From Sumerlaeia bacterium (GTDB taxonomy: Bacteria > Sumerlaeota > Sumerlaeia > SLMS01 > JAHLLQ01), in contig JAVJSW010000024.1 in NCBI GenBank assembly GCA_040219255.1, positions 1 to 18,256 of the forward strand: 18,256 bases of DNA. Reading direction: 5' to 3'. This document shows, piece after piece, positions 8,601 to 18,018 of this stretch. The notes beneath the pieces are model-generated. The model saw only the letters and a list, made by a program, of their open reading frames with translations, searched no databases and was not told where the DNA came from. The position numbers and the translations under genes are program-made. Position 1 is the first letter of the stretch; the number at the start of each line of letters is the position of its first letter.

Positions 8601-9768
8601 CGCATCGGACAACGACCTGTACGCCATCGGAGGAGAATTGGGGTTCGTGAGCTTGGGGCGGTTTCGTGAAGAGCAAGGTGAAGATTTGGTTCTGGAAACA
8701 CCGGACGCCAATGTGACATCCGTGGAGTTTTCACCCGATGGCCAGATCGTGGCGGCGGCCTTTCGCGATCGATCAATCTGGTTGTACGAGACAAGCCAAG
8801 GAAAAGTGGTTCGCCAGATTGAGGGAGCGGCCGGCTGGGCGGAAACGCTGGCTTTCTCGCCTGCGGGAAACCGGCTGCTGGCTGCGGGTTTCGATGGCGA
8901 CATTCGGGAATACAACCTGGAGGACGGAGAACTCCTCAAGACATTGATTGGTCATCAAGGCTGGGTATCGGAGGCCATCTATTCTCCTGACGGCCGCCGG
9001 ATCGTGTCCGTTTCTCCCGGGGACAATACGATCCGGGTCTGGACCGCCGACACAGGCAATCCGCTGATGACGTATCGGGGTCTGGCCGGACCGGGACAGA
9101 GCCTCGCCTTGACGCCCGACAGCAGCCGTCTCGTCGTGACCTTCAACAACCTTCCCTCTCAGCTGCTCGAGATTGCGCCCTGGAACAATTCCGGCAGCCA
9201 GTTGCCTGTCTGGCAAAGGCAGCAATTTGAACTGGCTGCGAGCAGGCGGGTTGACAGTCAAAGAGACAGCCGCGTGTTGTGGCTCGCTCCGTTGGCCAAG
9301 GCGTTGGAGGCGCGATATGGCGAGGCAATCAACCCGCCTCTCGTTCCCCTCATTTCAGAGGATTGGGATGCACTGCGAAACCGGCAGTTGCGGATTCTAT
9401 GCGAAGCCCCCAAAGCAACGGAAGCTTCTGGGAAAAACGTCTATATTACTGGAAATCGGCCCGAGTTGGCCTCGTGGAAGCCTTGCCTCGTGGCGTTGGA
9501 ACCCCTAGTGAGCGAATCGCAAAAGGGTTCCGGTTTGTGGGAGTATTCGGTGAGCTTTCGCCTGATGGAGTTCAAATTCAACTATGGCGAGCGAGGCGAG
9601 GATTGGGCAACGTCTCAGGAATGGGGCGGACCGCCGAATCGCGCCATCAATTACGACTCCCCGCTGTTGCTCGATCGCCACGGCAACGTTGTCTATGCGA
9701 GCCGCTTCGGGCTGACCGACGAAGAGTACCGGGAAGAGTTGATGGCTCGCTCGGTCACCCGCGAATAG
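5662..9768 (+). CDS. Membrane Ser/Thr protein kinase (Hanks type) with WD40 repeats and C-terminal CBM20-like domain
   Basis: LGQGGMGEVW, VAVK, HRDLKPQQV, DWGLA, GTPAFMAPEQ, TDVYLLG; helical segment; TM helix VLWGMTALLVALILMGTLFF; many GH...(W)D WD40 units; tail VYITGNRPELASW...EFKF...W..QEWGGPPNR. Exact start codon uncertain. Confidence 0.92.
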   Translation: MVMQDDGMGHGAQSTSDEANDLYETFILGERRRHSSHIQTETRLLAPKEGNSRNHHQMRAENSQQWLGYRLLSRLGQGGMGEVWQAVQQNLSRLVAVKRLRPDIDEIQADYYTNLFLHEAVTTAQLDHPNIIPAYELGEDEEGRPLLAMKMVRGQLWPEVMDFDAAVLPQSEYLATHLRILLDVAQATAFAHSRGIVHRDLKPQQVIVGDFGEVYLTDWGLAVLYDKELLVKSRYGLDPPELPSIDSAPNPAGTPAFMAPEQADSNSRRIGPWTDVYLLGATLYRLLCGTAPRDPAPYERLLGQIEKGLYVPLSHRKDCYAPPHELAELVEEAMAFEPERRPTAKGFISRLEEYVTGAGARRDSNLIMEKVQKFAESESQNDYDYYGDLISEISRAIYLWPDNKKAIEMKDLILLRFVELALDRGDLSLAEVQADRILEEEHRTEAAALVKAAQLRQKAAQRTQRVLWGMTALLVALILMGTLFFNRQLSHRTTLAESATSDARAAQAELLTNQEQLNRQLYINSLAIAEGYLVEHQPIAARQELLAARPEFRNLEWGLLYAQSVPEAKQISLDLGAIVDIAASRDGKSLLVCNEEGQSWIVDYFQDQAVPVNLGPDVAISAVAISPDGVKQAYGCQDGTVFLQVQGERAIRLSNAVTEGVARVAFGDSGERLGVLSTGGELLVLEVETGAVVWRKVLDAHTEQEALAVPKALTWGPGEGLIAAADKNYQVILLDSQTGEETTALAGHVAPVRSISFLGEGERLVSGGEDGQVLLWTLDSSGEEVERPSRLQINQEIDERAYVVKTLPFASQSGQLVVTVSANGYCSLLDSLSGAHLWEAKGHQHALTSAALIEARNMLVTASEAGKLTFWRVAEDTTKKELDGHFGRVVVRGVTPDGTRALTFAHDNTARVWDIASGREVLQVELPMGRYAYAEGRLSSDGSCFAAISKANQPQLYKMEDGGLIASSPDCEVDLDDIALASDNDLYAIGGELGFVSLGRFREEQGEDLVLETPDANVTSVEFSPDGQIVAAAFRDRSIWLYETSQGKVVRQIEGAAGWAETLAFSPAGNRLLAAGFDGDIREYNLEDGELLKTLIGHQGWVSEAIYSPDGRRIVSVSPGDNTIRVWTADTGNPLMTYRGLAGPGQSLALTPDSSRLVVTFNNLPSQLLEIAPWNNSGSQLPVWQRQQFELAASRRVDSQRDSRVLWLAPLAKALEARYGEAINPPLVPLISEDWDALRNRQLRILCEAPKATEASGKNVYITGNRPELASWKPCLVALEPLVSESQKGSGLWEYSVSFRLMEFKFNYGERGEDWATSQEWGGPPNRAINYDSPLLLDRHGNVVYASRFGLTDEEYREELMARSVTRE

Positions 9769-11725
9769 AAAGACGGTCAGCGAGCCGGAGAACGAGAGCC
9801 ACCATAGTCAGCGACGGATTTGCTGTGGGCACACAAGGAAGCGCGGAGGCATCGGCGCAGTAGAGATTCTCGTAGGCATGGAATCTGAGATTGGTGTCAA
9901 GGACTCCGGACTTGTCCGGGGAATCCATGCGCAACGTCCCACAGGAGTGCTGGATCGTTCCCTTTTCATCTTTCCGCGAATCGACGTCCCAGTCTTTGAA
10001 ATTGGAATGTCCCAGCAGTGCGGAGAAGATCGCGTTCTTGACTTCCCAGGCCTTTCCTCGCGCATTGTTGAAAGGTACATGATAGCCATGATAGTCGATC
10101 ACAGTCCGCTTACCGATACCGAGACTGCGAACGGTGTTATCGTCGTTGAGGGGCACGGGCGGACGGAACTTGAGGGTGACCCTTGATTGGCGGCCTTCCC
10201 GGGCAGTATATCGATCCCAAAGATCGGGGTCCACATAGCGCGCAGCCCAGTAGCGGGTGTTGATGGTCATCTCGGCGAGGAAAGGATGCTCGCGCTGCTC
10301 ACTCTGCACCTTGTTCAGGTAGAGTCGCGCATGCCTTTGAGAGCCGCCCAGCGGATGATCGGGATCAAGAAGCGGATCACCCGTTATCCACTCGGCATGA
10401 TCTGTCAATCCCTTGCCGGCAAGACCGCTCTCATCGGTAAGCCCACTATCCTGCACGATCTTGGGGCTTCCGATATTACCCAGCGCCAGCACAATATGGC
10501 GGCCACGATAGGTCCTCTGCTGATTGGTCAGCAGGTCATAGCATCTCACGGCGGTGGCTCTCCCGTTTTGGGTCAGAATCTCAAGCGCCATGTGTCCCGT
10601 ATTGATTCGGAGGTTCTTGGAACCGGGGTCGAGCGGATCGATCCGATCCTTGAGCAGATCGGCCGCCGAAAAAATCCCGGTCGGTGGATGGAGATAATCA
10701 CCGGGTCCGTTAAGGTCCAGCAAGTCGAAGGAGCAGGGAAGCTCGTCCACTTCGATGTTGTGGTTCGTAAGCCGTGTTTGCAGGTACTCGACAGCGGAGC
10801 GGGCGAATGCCCCGCGCGTCTTCAACTTCTTGAGCGTCGCTTCAGCCAGTTCGTAGTAATGGGGGGAACCGTTCTCACCAAAGAGGGCGTCCAGGATCTC
10901 CTGAGGCCACCAGCCAAGGTGCTTTTCGAATTCGAGGATGCGAGGGATGACGCCGGACCAGAATTGACTCCGCCCGCCCAGCATGATGTTGGGACCACCT
11001 GCGAACCTGCCACGGACATTCGAGACTGTGCTCTGGTAGAAGTTGAAAATTCCCTCCGTATCACGATAGAGGTTTGTGGCATGGGTCATTAGTTGCCCCA
11101 CACCTGCTTCGAGCACGAGGGTGGAAACGCCTCGATCGGAGAGAACATCGCCCAGAATTCCCCCCATCATTCCACCGCCCACGACGACGACGTCATACTC
11201 GATACTTTCATCGGTATTGCGAGGGAAATGAAATTGGCTGAGGGACGATTCATCAAGGCGGATCTGTTCGAAATCGTGGCGCCAGCAGTCATCGGGTGAA
11301 GCCCCGGGAAATGCCAGAGTCCCTCCGGCATCCGTTGCCTTCCAACTGTTCGGCGCTCCCTGGCGGGCCATCAAAGCACCGCCATCGTGCCTCGTTTCTC
11401 CATTGAGAACGAAGTGGAACACGAAATCGGGATTGGCGACCGTATGAGGCACATAAAACCGCCAGGCCCCTTCTTTGTAAACGCCATGAAAAACCCGAGG
11501 GCTGTTTGTATTGGCTTCTTTGACCTGAACAGAATGATTGGGGCGGAAGTCCGTGGTGAAGAGGGTGATGAAGAGGTAAGCATAGTCTTGCTTCAGGCTC
11601 TCCAAATCGTCGAAATAGGCGTCCAGGACCGCATGAAAAGTTCTCTGGCCTTCCGCCGACTCCTTCAAGCTTTGATCAGCGACGGCCTCATTGAAGAGGT
11701 CGACAAAGGTCTTCTGACTAGACAT
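9755..11725 (-). CDS. GMC-family FAD oxidoreductase with ~170-aa N-terminal extension
   Basis: YDVVVVGGGMMG (GxGxxG), VLEAG, LGGRSQFWSG, LALGNIGSPKI, GKGLTDH, HSCGTLRM and ANPSLT (His/Asn pair); GGGAG RBS. Its 3' end overlaps the kinase 3' end by 14 bp. Confidence 0.9.
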   Translation of the reverse strand: MSSQKTFVDLFNEAVADQSLKESAEGQRTFHAVLDAYFDDLESLKQDYAYLFITLFTTDFRPNHSVQVKEANTNSPRVFHGVYKEGAWRFYVPHTVANPDFVFHFVLNGETRHDGGALMARQGAPNSWKATDAGGTLAFPGASPDDCWRHDFEQIRLDESSLSQFHFPRNTDESIEYDVVVVGGGMMGGILGDVLSDRGVSTLVLEAGVGQLMTHATNLYRDTEGIFNFYQSTVSNVRGRFAGGPNIMLGGRSQFWSGVIPRILEFEKHLGWWPQEILDALFGENGSPHYYELAEATLKKLKTRGAFARSAVEYLQTRLTNHNIEVDELPCSFDLLDLNGPGDYLHPPTGIFSAADLLKDRIDPLDPGSKNLRINTGHMALEILTQNGRATAVRCYDLLTNQQRTYRGRHIVLALGNIGSPKIVQDSGLTDESGLAGKGLTDHAEWITGDPLLDPDHPLGGSQRHARLYLNKVQSEQREHPFLAEMTINTRYWAARYVDPDLWDRYTAREGRQSRVTLKFRPPVPLNDDNTVRSLGIGKRTVIDYHGYHVPFNNARGKAWEVKNAIFSALLGHSNFKDWDVDSRKDEKGTIQHSCGTLRMDSPDKSGVLDTNLRFHAYENLYCADASALPCVPTANPSLTMVALVLRLADRLSIRG

Positions 11726-11918
11726 GAGAAACTCCCGAGGAAAAGCAGTGACGACATAATTTTTTGGTAATGCTAGGTAGATAACATGGGCCTGGGTTGC
11801 AAATCCAAAAGCGGACAGCCCGTGTCATAGCAGTGTCGAAAATGGCACAAGTGTATCCAACTGACCTGCCTCCATCTCTCGATGGCGAGCAGGGGGGCAG
11901 GCGGCGGGCCCCCAACCA

Positions 11919-12481
11919 GGGGCGACCGAGAACGATAAGTAGTTGGCCGATGCCTCTCTGGCGCATCTCACTCTAGTTCCCGCCGGTAGAACCATAGCCC
12001 ATCGGCATCGCCATTCCTTTCGGCCAACTCGATTGCCAGCAGTCTTTCCTTGCCTGGCTCTGTACAGGGCGCAGACCCGCGCCGCATGCTCATAGGAAAA
12101 CGTCGCCGTCGCCGTCAGACACAGACGCCGCTCGAGTTCGGGAGTGATCGTCTGGCGAGGCTCCAGCCCGCACGTCTCGCGAAAGGGAGAGGTCCATTGC
12201 CGGTTTTGGCGATGCTGACAATAGGGCACTGTGAGAGTGACCTCACCGGCGGTTGTCGTCAGCGTCAGCGGTCGGAGCTTCACCCGGCTGTAAACGGTGG
12301 CGCTGAGGGGGAAAAAGCGCTTCCTTTTCCTGGGCGGCGAGTTTTTCGAGGACTTGCTCGATGAACTTTCGTTTATCCTGCTGAGCCTTGCGCTCAGCGT
12401 CTTGCTCGATCTGCATCAGGAGGTTGGTGTCAGTTGGGTTTCTTATGGGGGCAGTTTCTGGAGAGGGAACAGGGTGGCTCC
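11919..12481 (-). mobile_element. Internally deleted ISKra4/ISLre2-like (UPF0236-type) insertion sequence
   Basis: Short ORF 12416-12243 (MQIEQDAERKAQQDKRKFIEQVLEKLAAQEKEALFPP), then +1 frame LRPLTLTTTAGEVTLTVPY..SPFRETCGLEPRQTITPELERRLCLTATATFSYEHAARVC joined directly to a C-terminal piece TEPGKERLLAIELAERNGDADGLW (12063-11968). Candidate ends GGAGCCACCCTG and GGGGCGACCGAG match 8/12; boundaries tentative. Confidence 0.65.
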
Positions 12482-12662
12482 TTCTCCAGCAAGACCGGGA
12501 ACAAAGTCAAGATGCGCCCGTGCTTTCTCTGCCGATACAAAAAGGGTTGACAAGCAGGCTGTGGGCGAGGACCCCTAGCAAGTTCGAAAAACCTCGGTAT
12601 CGAGAATCCAGATAACGCTGCGATCCCGTGCACCTTCCCTAACAATCGGGAGTATTGTTCCT

Positions 12663-15600
12663 ATGAATGCATTAATCTCATCCAGAGTGGGGGCCAACCC
12701 GCCCTCTCTCTGGCGGAAGACGGGGACGACTGCTTTGCCAGCGCTTGTTCTCGCCGCCGCAACCACGTCGTCCGCATGGGCTCAGGTCAAGCCTTCGCAA
12801 GCTACCTTGGACAGCATGGCGAATCTGCCGGTGCAACCGACTGCTGACAGCCCCTATGTGGGTCTTTTTGCTGACATCGTGGCCGAGGCGATGCAAAATC
12901 ATTATCATCAAGCCCCTGCACAAACATTGCCTCCCCTTTTCCCCGGCGACGGTGTGGCGTCGCAGTACGAGAGCGTCGAGCATCTCTTGAGCTTTGATAC
13001 TTACAAGACACTCTCACCGCTTCACCGCGAAATGCTGGCCACAGTGAACGAGCGCTATCAGGGCGGCGTGAACGAAGGCCCGATGCTGTGTTTCACCCCC
13101 GGTTACAAACCGGAAGCGGTGGATGCCTTCTCTCAAGCCATCTGGGGCGATTCTTACAATCAGTTCCGTTTAACAGGGTCTCGCTGGACCACTACGGCAA
13201 CGGACGGTGGTGGTATCCCTCAGGGCGTCCCGATCACGATCACCTTCAGTTATGTGTCCGATGGAACGAGCATTTCAGGCTTTGCCGGTGAACCGGCTTC
13301 AAACAGCAACCTCGACGCCTTCATGAGCGGCATTCACGGTAGCACCGCCGCCTGGCAAACGCTGATCACGAACTCGATCGAGCAATGGGAAGCCTTCTCT
13401 GGCTTTGACTTTGTGCTTGAGACGAACGACGACGGCGCTGCACTGGGAACTATCTCTGGGTCCCTGGGCGTTCGCGGTGATATCCGCATTGGTGGTCACT
13501 TTATCGATGGCGAGGTAGGATCAAACATCCTGGCCTATAACTTTTTCCCCAATAACGGGGATATGGTCATCGATACGGGCAATCCGTCGTTCTATGGGGA
13601 CTCGTCGGGCACCTACCTGGGAACGCGCAATGTGATCACCCACGAAAACGGTCACGGTCTCGGCTTCGCTCACGTTTGTCCAGTGGACCAGACAAAGCTG
13701 ATGGAGCCCTTCGTCAGCTTGGCCTTCGATGGTCCGCAGTTCGACGATGTCCAGTCGGCGCAGACCTACTATGGCGATCCATACGAAAGCAACAACACGG
13801 TCGGTACGGCATTTCCGGTCTTCTCTACGGTGGGCAGCGCCTCGGTCACGGTGCCCCAAGCGAGCTTGATGGACGATACTGATGTCGACTTTTTCTCGTT
13901 CCAGGTCTCGACTCCTGGTACTCTGAACGCATTGGCGAGCCCTCTCGGTTCTCCCTATCTGGAAGGCCCGCAGAACGGCGATGGCAGCTGTACCGCGGGT
14001 ACGTCCTATGATCCGTCGAACAACACTGACCTTGTGCTTCAGATTTTCGATACAGACGGTGTGACTTCGCTGGACCTTTCAGACAACACGACTGCTGGCA
14101 ATCCGGAAAACTCTACGGTAATTCTGAATTCGGCGGGAATCTACTACGCCGCCGTGTATGCAGTCGGCAGCAGCAGTGTCGTCCAAGTCTACGACTTGGA
14201 CCTCGACTTTGCCGCAAGCGGCACACCGACGCCGACGCCAACACCGATTCCGCCAACACTTGAGTTGAGTCCCACGAGCCATTTCCTCGAAATCGAAATC
14301 TGCGATGTCGCGACGGAGATGTTCACCTTTGATGTGTTGAATACTGGCGATACCGCCCTCAACTATTCGGTCTCCGATGATGCCTCGTGGATTACCGTGT
14401 CGCCCCTGATGGGTACGGTTGGCCCACAGAGCGTCGATACGTTGACAGTCACTGTCGATGCGACTGGCTTGCCCGTTGGTAACAATACCGCGCAAATCAC
14501 CATCACCGCGCCTGGTGCCTCCGGCTCTCCACAGATCTTCGATGTCACCCTCTTCGTGGTGGGACCGACAACAATTCCCTTCAGCGACAGCTTTGAGACT
14601 GGCTTCCTCGATTTCATGTGGGGGATTTCCGGCACTGGTCCATTTGCGACAACCATCATCGATGACTCGACTTTTACACCTCCCTCGGGAGTTCTCCAGG
14701 TTGCCATGGCGTCCCAGACCAATAACGAGGATGCCCGCAACGAACTGACCCTTTATCTCGATGCGACCGGCTTCACCCAGCTCGATCTCTCCTTCTGGAT
14801 GGCGGAGGTCAACGATGAGGACCATCCGCTGGCCGCTAATCCGTTCGTCGATGGCGCGGACTTTGACGGCGTGGCCATCAGTGACGACGGTGTGAACTGG
14901 TACGAGGTTCAGCCGCTGATTACCAGCGCTGGTATCAGCAGCACATACACGGAGTTCACCGTCGATCTGGATCAAGCTCTCGCAATGGCAGGCATGGCGA
15001 TCAACGATTGCCTCCGCATTCGGTTCAACCACTTCGATAACTTCACCCTCGGTTCGGACGGTTTCCTGTTCGACGACATTAACGTGACGGGGTCGATGGC
15101 GACTCCGACGGCCACTCCCACGCCTACTCCTACGCCGACCGATACTCCAACTCCAACTCCGACTCCAACTCCAACTCCGACTCCAACGCCGACGGATACT
15201 CCAACTCCCACGCCAACGCCTACGGATACTCCATCACCAACACCGACGGATACTCCGACACCTACGCCGACGCCAACTCCCACCCCTGGTCCAGAGGTTT
15301 GCGAGACCGTTCCAGGAGCAACCAAGTCAAATGATCCGAATCTGGCCCGTGGCGGCATATTCACCGTCAATTCGCCCGAAACGCTTTCCAGCTTCTCAAT
15401 GGATCTGGTTCCGCTCTTCGACAGCACCGCCGACGTCGAGTTCTTTGTCTTGAGCGGCCCGAGTTCGAGCGGGCCTTGGGCATACGAGACGTCTTTCAAT
15501 ACGACCATCAATAGTGGCCGGGCGCTCTATGGCTCCGGCGCGCTGAACCTGCCGGTAAACCCGGGAACCTTCTATGCAGCTGGCGTCGGATGGTCGCCGA

Positions 15601-17909
15601 ACGAGAATCTTCGGTACTTCTTCACCAGCAGCCAGGCTCCCTTCAACTTCACGACGTCGGTCTCCGGCACCTTCGAGGGTGGCTTCCAGTCCGGAATCTC
15701 GAACCCCCTGATGGGTATAGGAACCACAACGGCTTATGGCATGGAACTGTGCTTTGGCGATGCCGGTGGAACCCCCACCCCGACCCTAACACCGACGCCG
15801 ACGCCCACACCGACGGACACTCCGACGGCAACACCCACCGCAACGCCGACACCCGGTCCAAGCGATTGCGAAATCGTCCCGGGAGCGACGAAGACCAACG
15901 ACTTTGACCTCACACGCGGCGCAGTCTTCACCGTGAACAGTCCGCAAACCGTATCGAATTTCTCGATGGATCTGGTCCCTCTGTTTGGCGATTTGTCCGC
16001 AGATGTCACCTTCTTTCTGTTGAGCGGTCCGTCGGCCAGTGGCCCCTGGTCCACTCAGTTCTCGACTCCGGTGACCATCAACAGCGGTCGCCAGTTCTAC
16101 GACTCGGGCGCCGTTGGCGTGCCTGTTTCCCCGGGGACCTTCTATGCCTGCGGTGTCGCCTGGTCGCCAAACGAGAACGTGCGATACTTCTTCACAAGCG
16201 CCGCCGCTCCCTTCGCCTTCGCGTCCGTGCCGGGCACGTTGCAAGGCGGCTTCCAGTCTGCCACTTCCAATCCGTTGACGGGTACCAGCAGTACCACGAC
16301 CTACGGCATGGAAATCTGCTTTGACGATGGCGGCTTGACTCCGACTCCGACCCCGACGCCGGTTCCTGGCGTTTGCGAGCCGGTGCCGGGCGCAACGAAG
16401 ACGAATGACGTGAACCTCACCCGCGGCGGCATCTTTACGGTCACCGCAGCACAGAACCTGTCGAGCTTCTCGATGGATTTGGTTCCGCTGTTCAACGACC
16501 TCTCCGCCACAGTGAACTTCTCCGTCCTCAGCGGCCCCAGCCCCAGCGGCCCGTGGACCATTGAATTCCAGACGCCGGCAACCATTAACAGTGGCCGCGC
16601 GTTCTACAGTTCTGGCGCGGTTAACGTAGGCGTCAGTCCCGGGACCTACTATGCCTGCGCGGTCTCCTGGCCGGACAGCGAGAACGTCCGCTACTTCTTT
16701 ACCAGCAGCAGCGCACCCTTCGCTTTCGGCACCGTGCCGGGCACCTTCCAAGGCGGCTTCCAGTCCGCTTCCGCAAACCCGCTCCTCGGCGGCAGCACAA
16801 CCACCAGCTACGGCATGGAAATCTGCTTTGGCGATGGCGGCGGCACACCCACTCCCACGCCAACAGCAACCGCAACTCCGACACCCACGAACACCCCCAC
16901 AGCCACCCCGACGCCCACGCCGGGACCGCAGGTCTGTGAGGCAGTCCCCGGAGCCACGAAGACCAACGACGAGAACCTGAGCCGTGGCGCGATCTTTACC
17001 GTGAACGCCCCGCGCACACTTGACACGTTCCAGATGGACCTCGTGCCGCTCTTCGGCGACCTGTCCGCAAGCGTCGAGTTCTTCGTCATGAGCGCTCCCT
17101 CAGTCAATGGCCCCTGGAACCTCGAAATCCTCAATATCGCAACGCTCAACAGCGGTCGTGCCTTCTACAGCGCCGGTGCGGTCAGCCTCTCGGTGGTGCC
17201 GGGTACGTTCTACGCCGCTGGTGTTTCGTGGCCCGATGGCGAGCAGGTTCGCTACTTCTTCGACAGCAGCAGCGCACCTCAAGCTTTTGCCACCGTACCA
17301 GGAACCATTGAGGGCGGCTTCCAATCGCCCAGCAATGACCCGCTTGCGGGCAATGCAACAACGACCACCTATCGCCTAGACCTTTGCTTCTCTGGCGATG
17401 GCGACCCGACTCCGACACCCACCCCGACGCCCACTCCGGTTCCGGGAACTTGCGAACTGATTCCTGGCTCCACCAAGTCGAACGACGAACAGCTCTGCCG
17501 CGGATCGATCTTCACCGTCACCTCTGGCCAAACCCTCACCGAGGTCTTTATGGACCTGGTGCCGCTCTTTGACCTCACCGCTAACGTGACCTTCTTTGTC
17601 CAGAGTGGCCCCTCTGCAAGTGGCCCCTGGACAACAGAGTTCTCGACTCCGGTGACGATCAACTCCGGCCGCGCCTTCTACAGTTCCGGCCCCATGAGCG
17701 TCCCCGTCGTTCCCGGCACCTACTACTCCGCCGGTGTCTGCTGGCCCGATGGCGAACAAGTGCGCTACTTCTACAACTCCAGTGGAGCGCCCGCACCTTT
17801 CTCCGTCATCCCCGGCACCATCGAAGGCGGCTTCCAATCGCCCAGCGACGACCCCGCCGCCGGCACCGGAACCACCACCACCTACGGCATGGATCTCTGC
17901 TTCAACTAA
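12663..17909 (+). CDS. Large secreted metzincin (matrixin/M10-like) zinc metalloprotease with PPC-like and BACON-like domains, Pro/Thr linkers and five C-terminal repeats
   Basis: Signal peptide ending SAWA; [18 protein letters not shown]; [11 protein letters not shown] (13641-13673) and Met-turn KLMEP; [18 protein letters not shown]-like motif; [24 protein letters not shown]-like motif; (PT)n linkers. Confidence 0.9.
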   Translation: MNALISSRVGANPPSLWRKTGTTALPALVLAAATTSSAWAQVKPSQATLDSMANLPVQPTADSPYVGLFADIVAEAMQNHYHQAPAQTLPPLFPGDGVASQYESVEHLLSFDTYKTLSPLHREMLATVNERYQGGVNEGPMLCFTPGYKPEAVDAFSQAIWGDSYNQFRLTGSRWTTTATDGGGIPQGVPITITFSYVSDGTSISGFAGEPASNSNLDAFMSGIHGSTAAWQTLITNSIEQWEAFSGFDFVLETNDDGAALGTISGSLGVRGDIRIGGHFIDGEVGSNILAYNFFPNNGDMVIDTGNPSFYGDSSGTYLGTRNVITHENGHGLGFAHVCPVDQTKLMEPFVSLAFDGPQFDDVQSAQTYYGDPYESNNTVGTAFPVFSTVGSASVTVPQASLMDDTDVDFFSFQVSTPGTLNALASPLGSPYLEGPQNGDGSCTAGTSYDPSNNTDLVLQIFDTDGVTSLDLSDNTTAGNPENSTVILNSAGIYYAAVYAVGSSSVVQVYDLDLDFAASGTPTPTPTPIPPTLELSPTSHFLEIEICDVATEMFTFDVLNTGDTALNYSVSDDASWITVSPLMGTVGPQSVDTLTVTVDATGLPVGNNTAQITITAPGASGSPQIFDVTLFVVGPTTIPFSDSFETGFLDFMWGISGTGPFATTIIDDSTFTPPSGVLQVAMASQTNNEDARNELTLYLDATGFTQLDLSFWMAEVNDEDHPLAANPFVDGADFDGVAISDDGVNWYEVQPLITSAGISSTYTEFTVDLDQALAMAGMAINDCLRIRFNHFDNFTLGSDGFLFDDINVTGSMATPTATPTPTPTPTDTPTPTPTPTPTPTPTPTDTPTPTPTPTDTPSPTPTDTPTPTPTPTPTPGPEVCETVPGATKSNDPNLARGGIFTVNSPETLSSFSMDLVPLFDSTADVEFFVLSGPSSSGPWAYETSFNTTINSGRALYGSGALNLPVNPGTFYAAGVGWSPNENLRYFFTSSQAPFNFTTSVSGTFEGGFQSGISNPLMGIGTTTAYGMELCFGDAGGTPTPTLTPTPTPTPTDTPTATPTATPTPGPSDCEIVPGATKTNDFDLTRGAVFTVNSPQTVSNFSMDLVPLFGDLSADVTFFLLSGPSASGPWSTQFSTPVTINSGRQFYDSGAVGVPVSPGTFYACGVAWSPNENVRYFFTSAAAPFAFASVPGTLQGGFQSATSNPLTGTSSTTTYGMEICFDDGGLTPTPTPTPVPGVCEPVPGATKTNDVNLTRGGIFTVTAAQNLSSFSMDLVPLFNDLSATVNFSVLSGPSPSGPWTIEFQTPATINSGRAFYSSGAVNVGVSPGTYYACAVSWPDSENVRYFFTSSSAPFAFGTVPGTFQGGFQSASANPLLGGSTTTSYGMEICFGDGGGTPTPTPTATATPTPTNTPTATPTPTPGPQVCEAVPGATKTNDENLSRGAIFTVNAPRTLDTFQMDLVPLFGDLSASVEFFVMSAPSVNGPWNLEILNIATLNSGRAFYSAGAVSLSVVPGTFYAAGVSWPDGEQVRYFFDSSSAPQAFATVPGTIEGGFQSPSNDPLAGNATTTTYRLDLCFSGDGDPTPTPTPTPTPVPGTCELIPGSTKSNDEQLCRGSIFTVTSGQTLTEVFMDLVPLFDLTANVTFFVQSGPSASGPWTTEFSTPVTINSGRAFYSSGPMSVPVVPGTYYSAGVCWPDGEQVRYFYNSSGAPAPFSVIPGTIEGGFQSPSDDPAAGTGTTTTYGMDLCFN
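15100..15290 (+). repeat. Long Pro/Thr linker (low-complexity coding repeat)
   Basis: Encodes about 60 residues of (PT)n with PTDT variants and varied third codon positions. Confidence 0.9.
15300..17903 (+). repeat. Five tandem ~152-aa Cys-bracketed domains
   Basis: Units 15300-15755, 15867-16322, 16374-16829, 16935-17390 and 17451-17903; consensus CE.VPGATK.ND..L.RG.IFTV...[23 protein letters not shown]...W..RYFF..GGFQS..YGME.CF. Confidence 0.95.
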
Positions 17910-17959
17910 ACCGCAACTAGCGGTCGAGGGAGGACTCCCAATACCGCAGAGCAACCCTC

Positions 17960-18009
17960 AACGTGAAGAGTCCGCCGAAGGTTTCCACCTCCGGCGGACT
18001 CTTCACGTT
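17960..18009 (+). terminator. Strong hairpin, probable intrinsic terminator of the protease gene
   Basis: AACGTGAAGAGTCCGCCG-A-AGGT [TTCC] ACCT-C-CGGCGGACTCTTCACGTT: 18-bp plus 4-bp stem, 50 nt after the stop codon; short T tail. Confidence 0.75.
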
Positions 18010-18018
18010 TAATACTTC

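Noticed and set aside
12547-12582. Sigma70 promoter from TTGACA upstream of the protease
   Set aside because: No credible -10 hexamer at 16-18 bp spacing.
15100-17909. CRISPR array or DGR template/variable repeat
   Set aside because: Repeats are in-frame coding units with divergence mainly at synonymous sites; no fixed repeat-spacer pattern, no adenine-specific variation, no cas or reverse transcriptase gene.
5650-17954. Numerous antisense and alternate-frame ORFs (e.g. 7690..8676, 10187..11092, 14079..15032, 15786..16751)
   Set aside because: Shadows of long GC-rich genes with no recognisable motifs.
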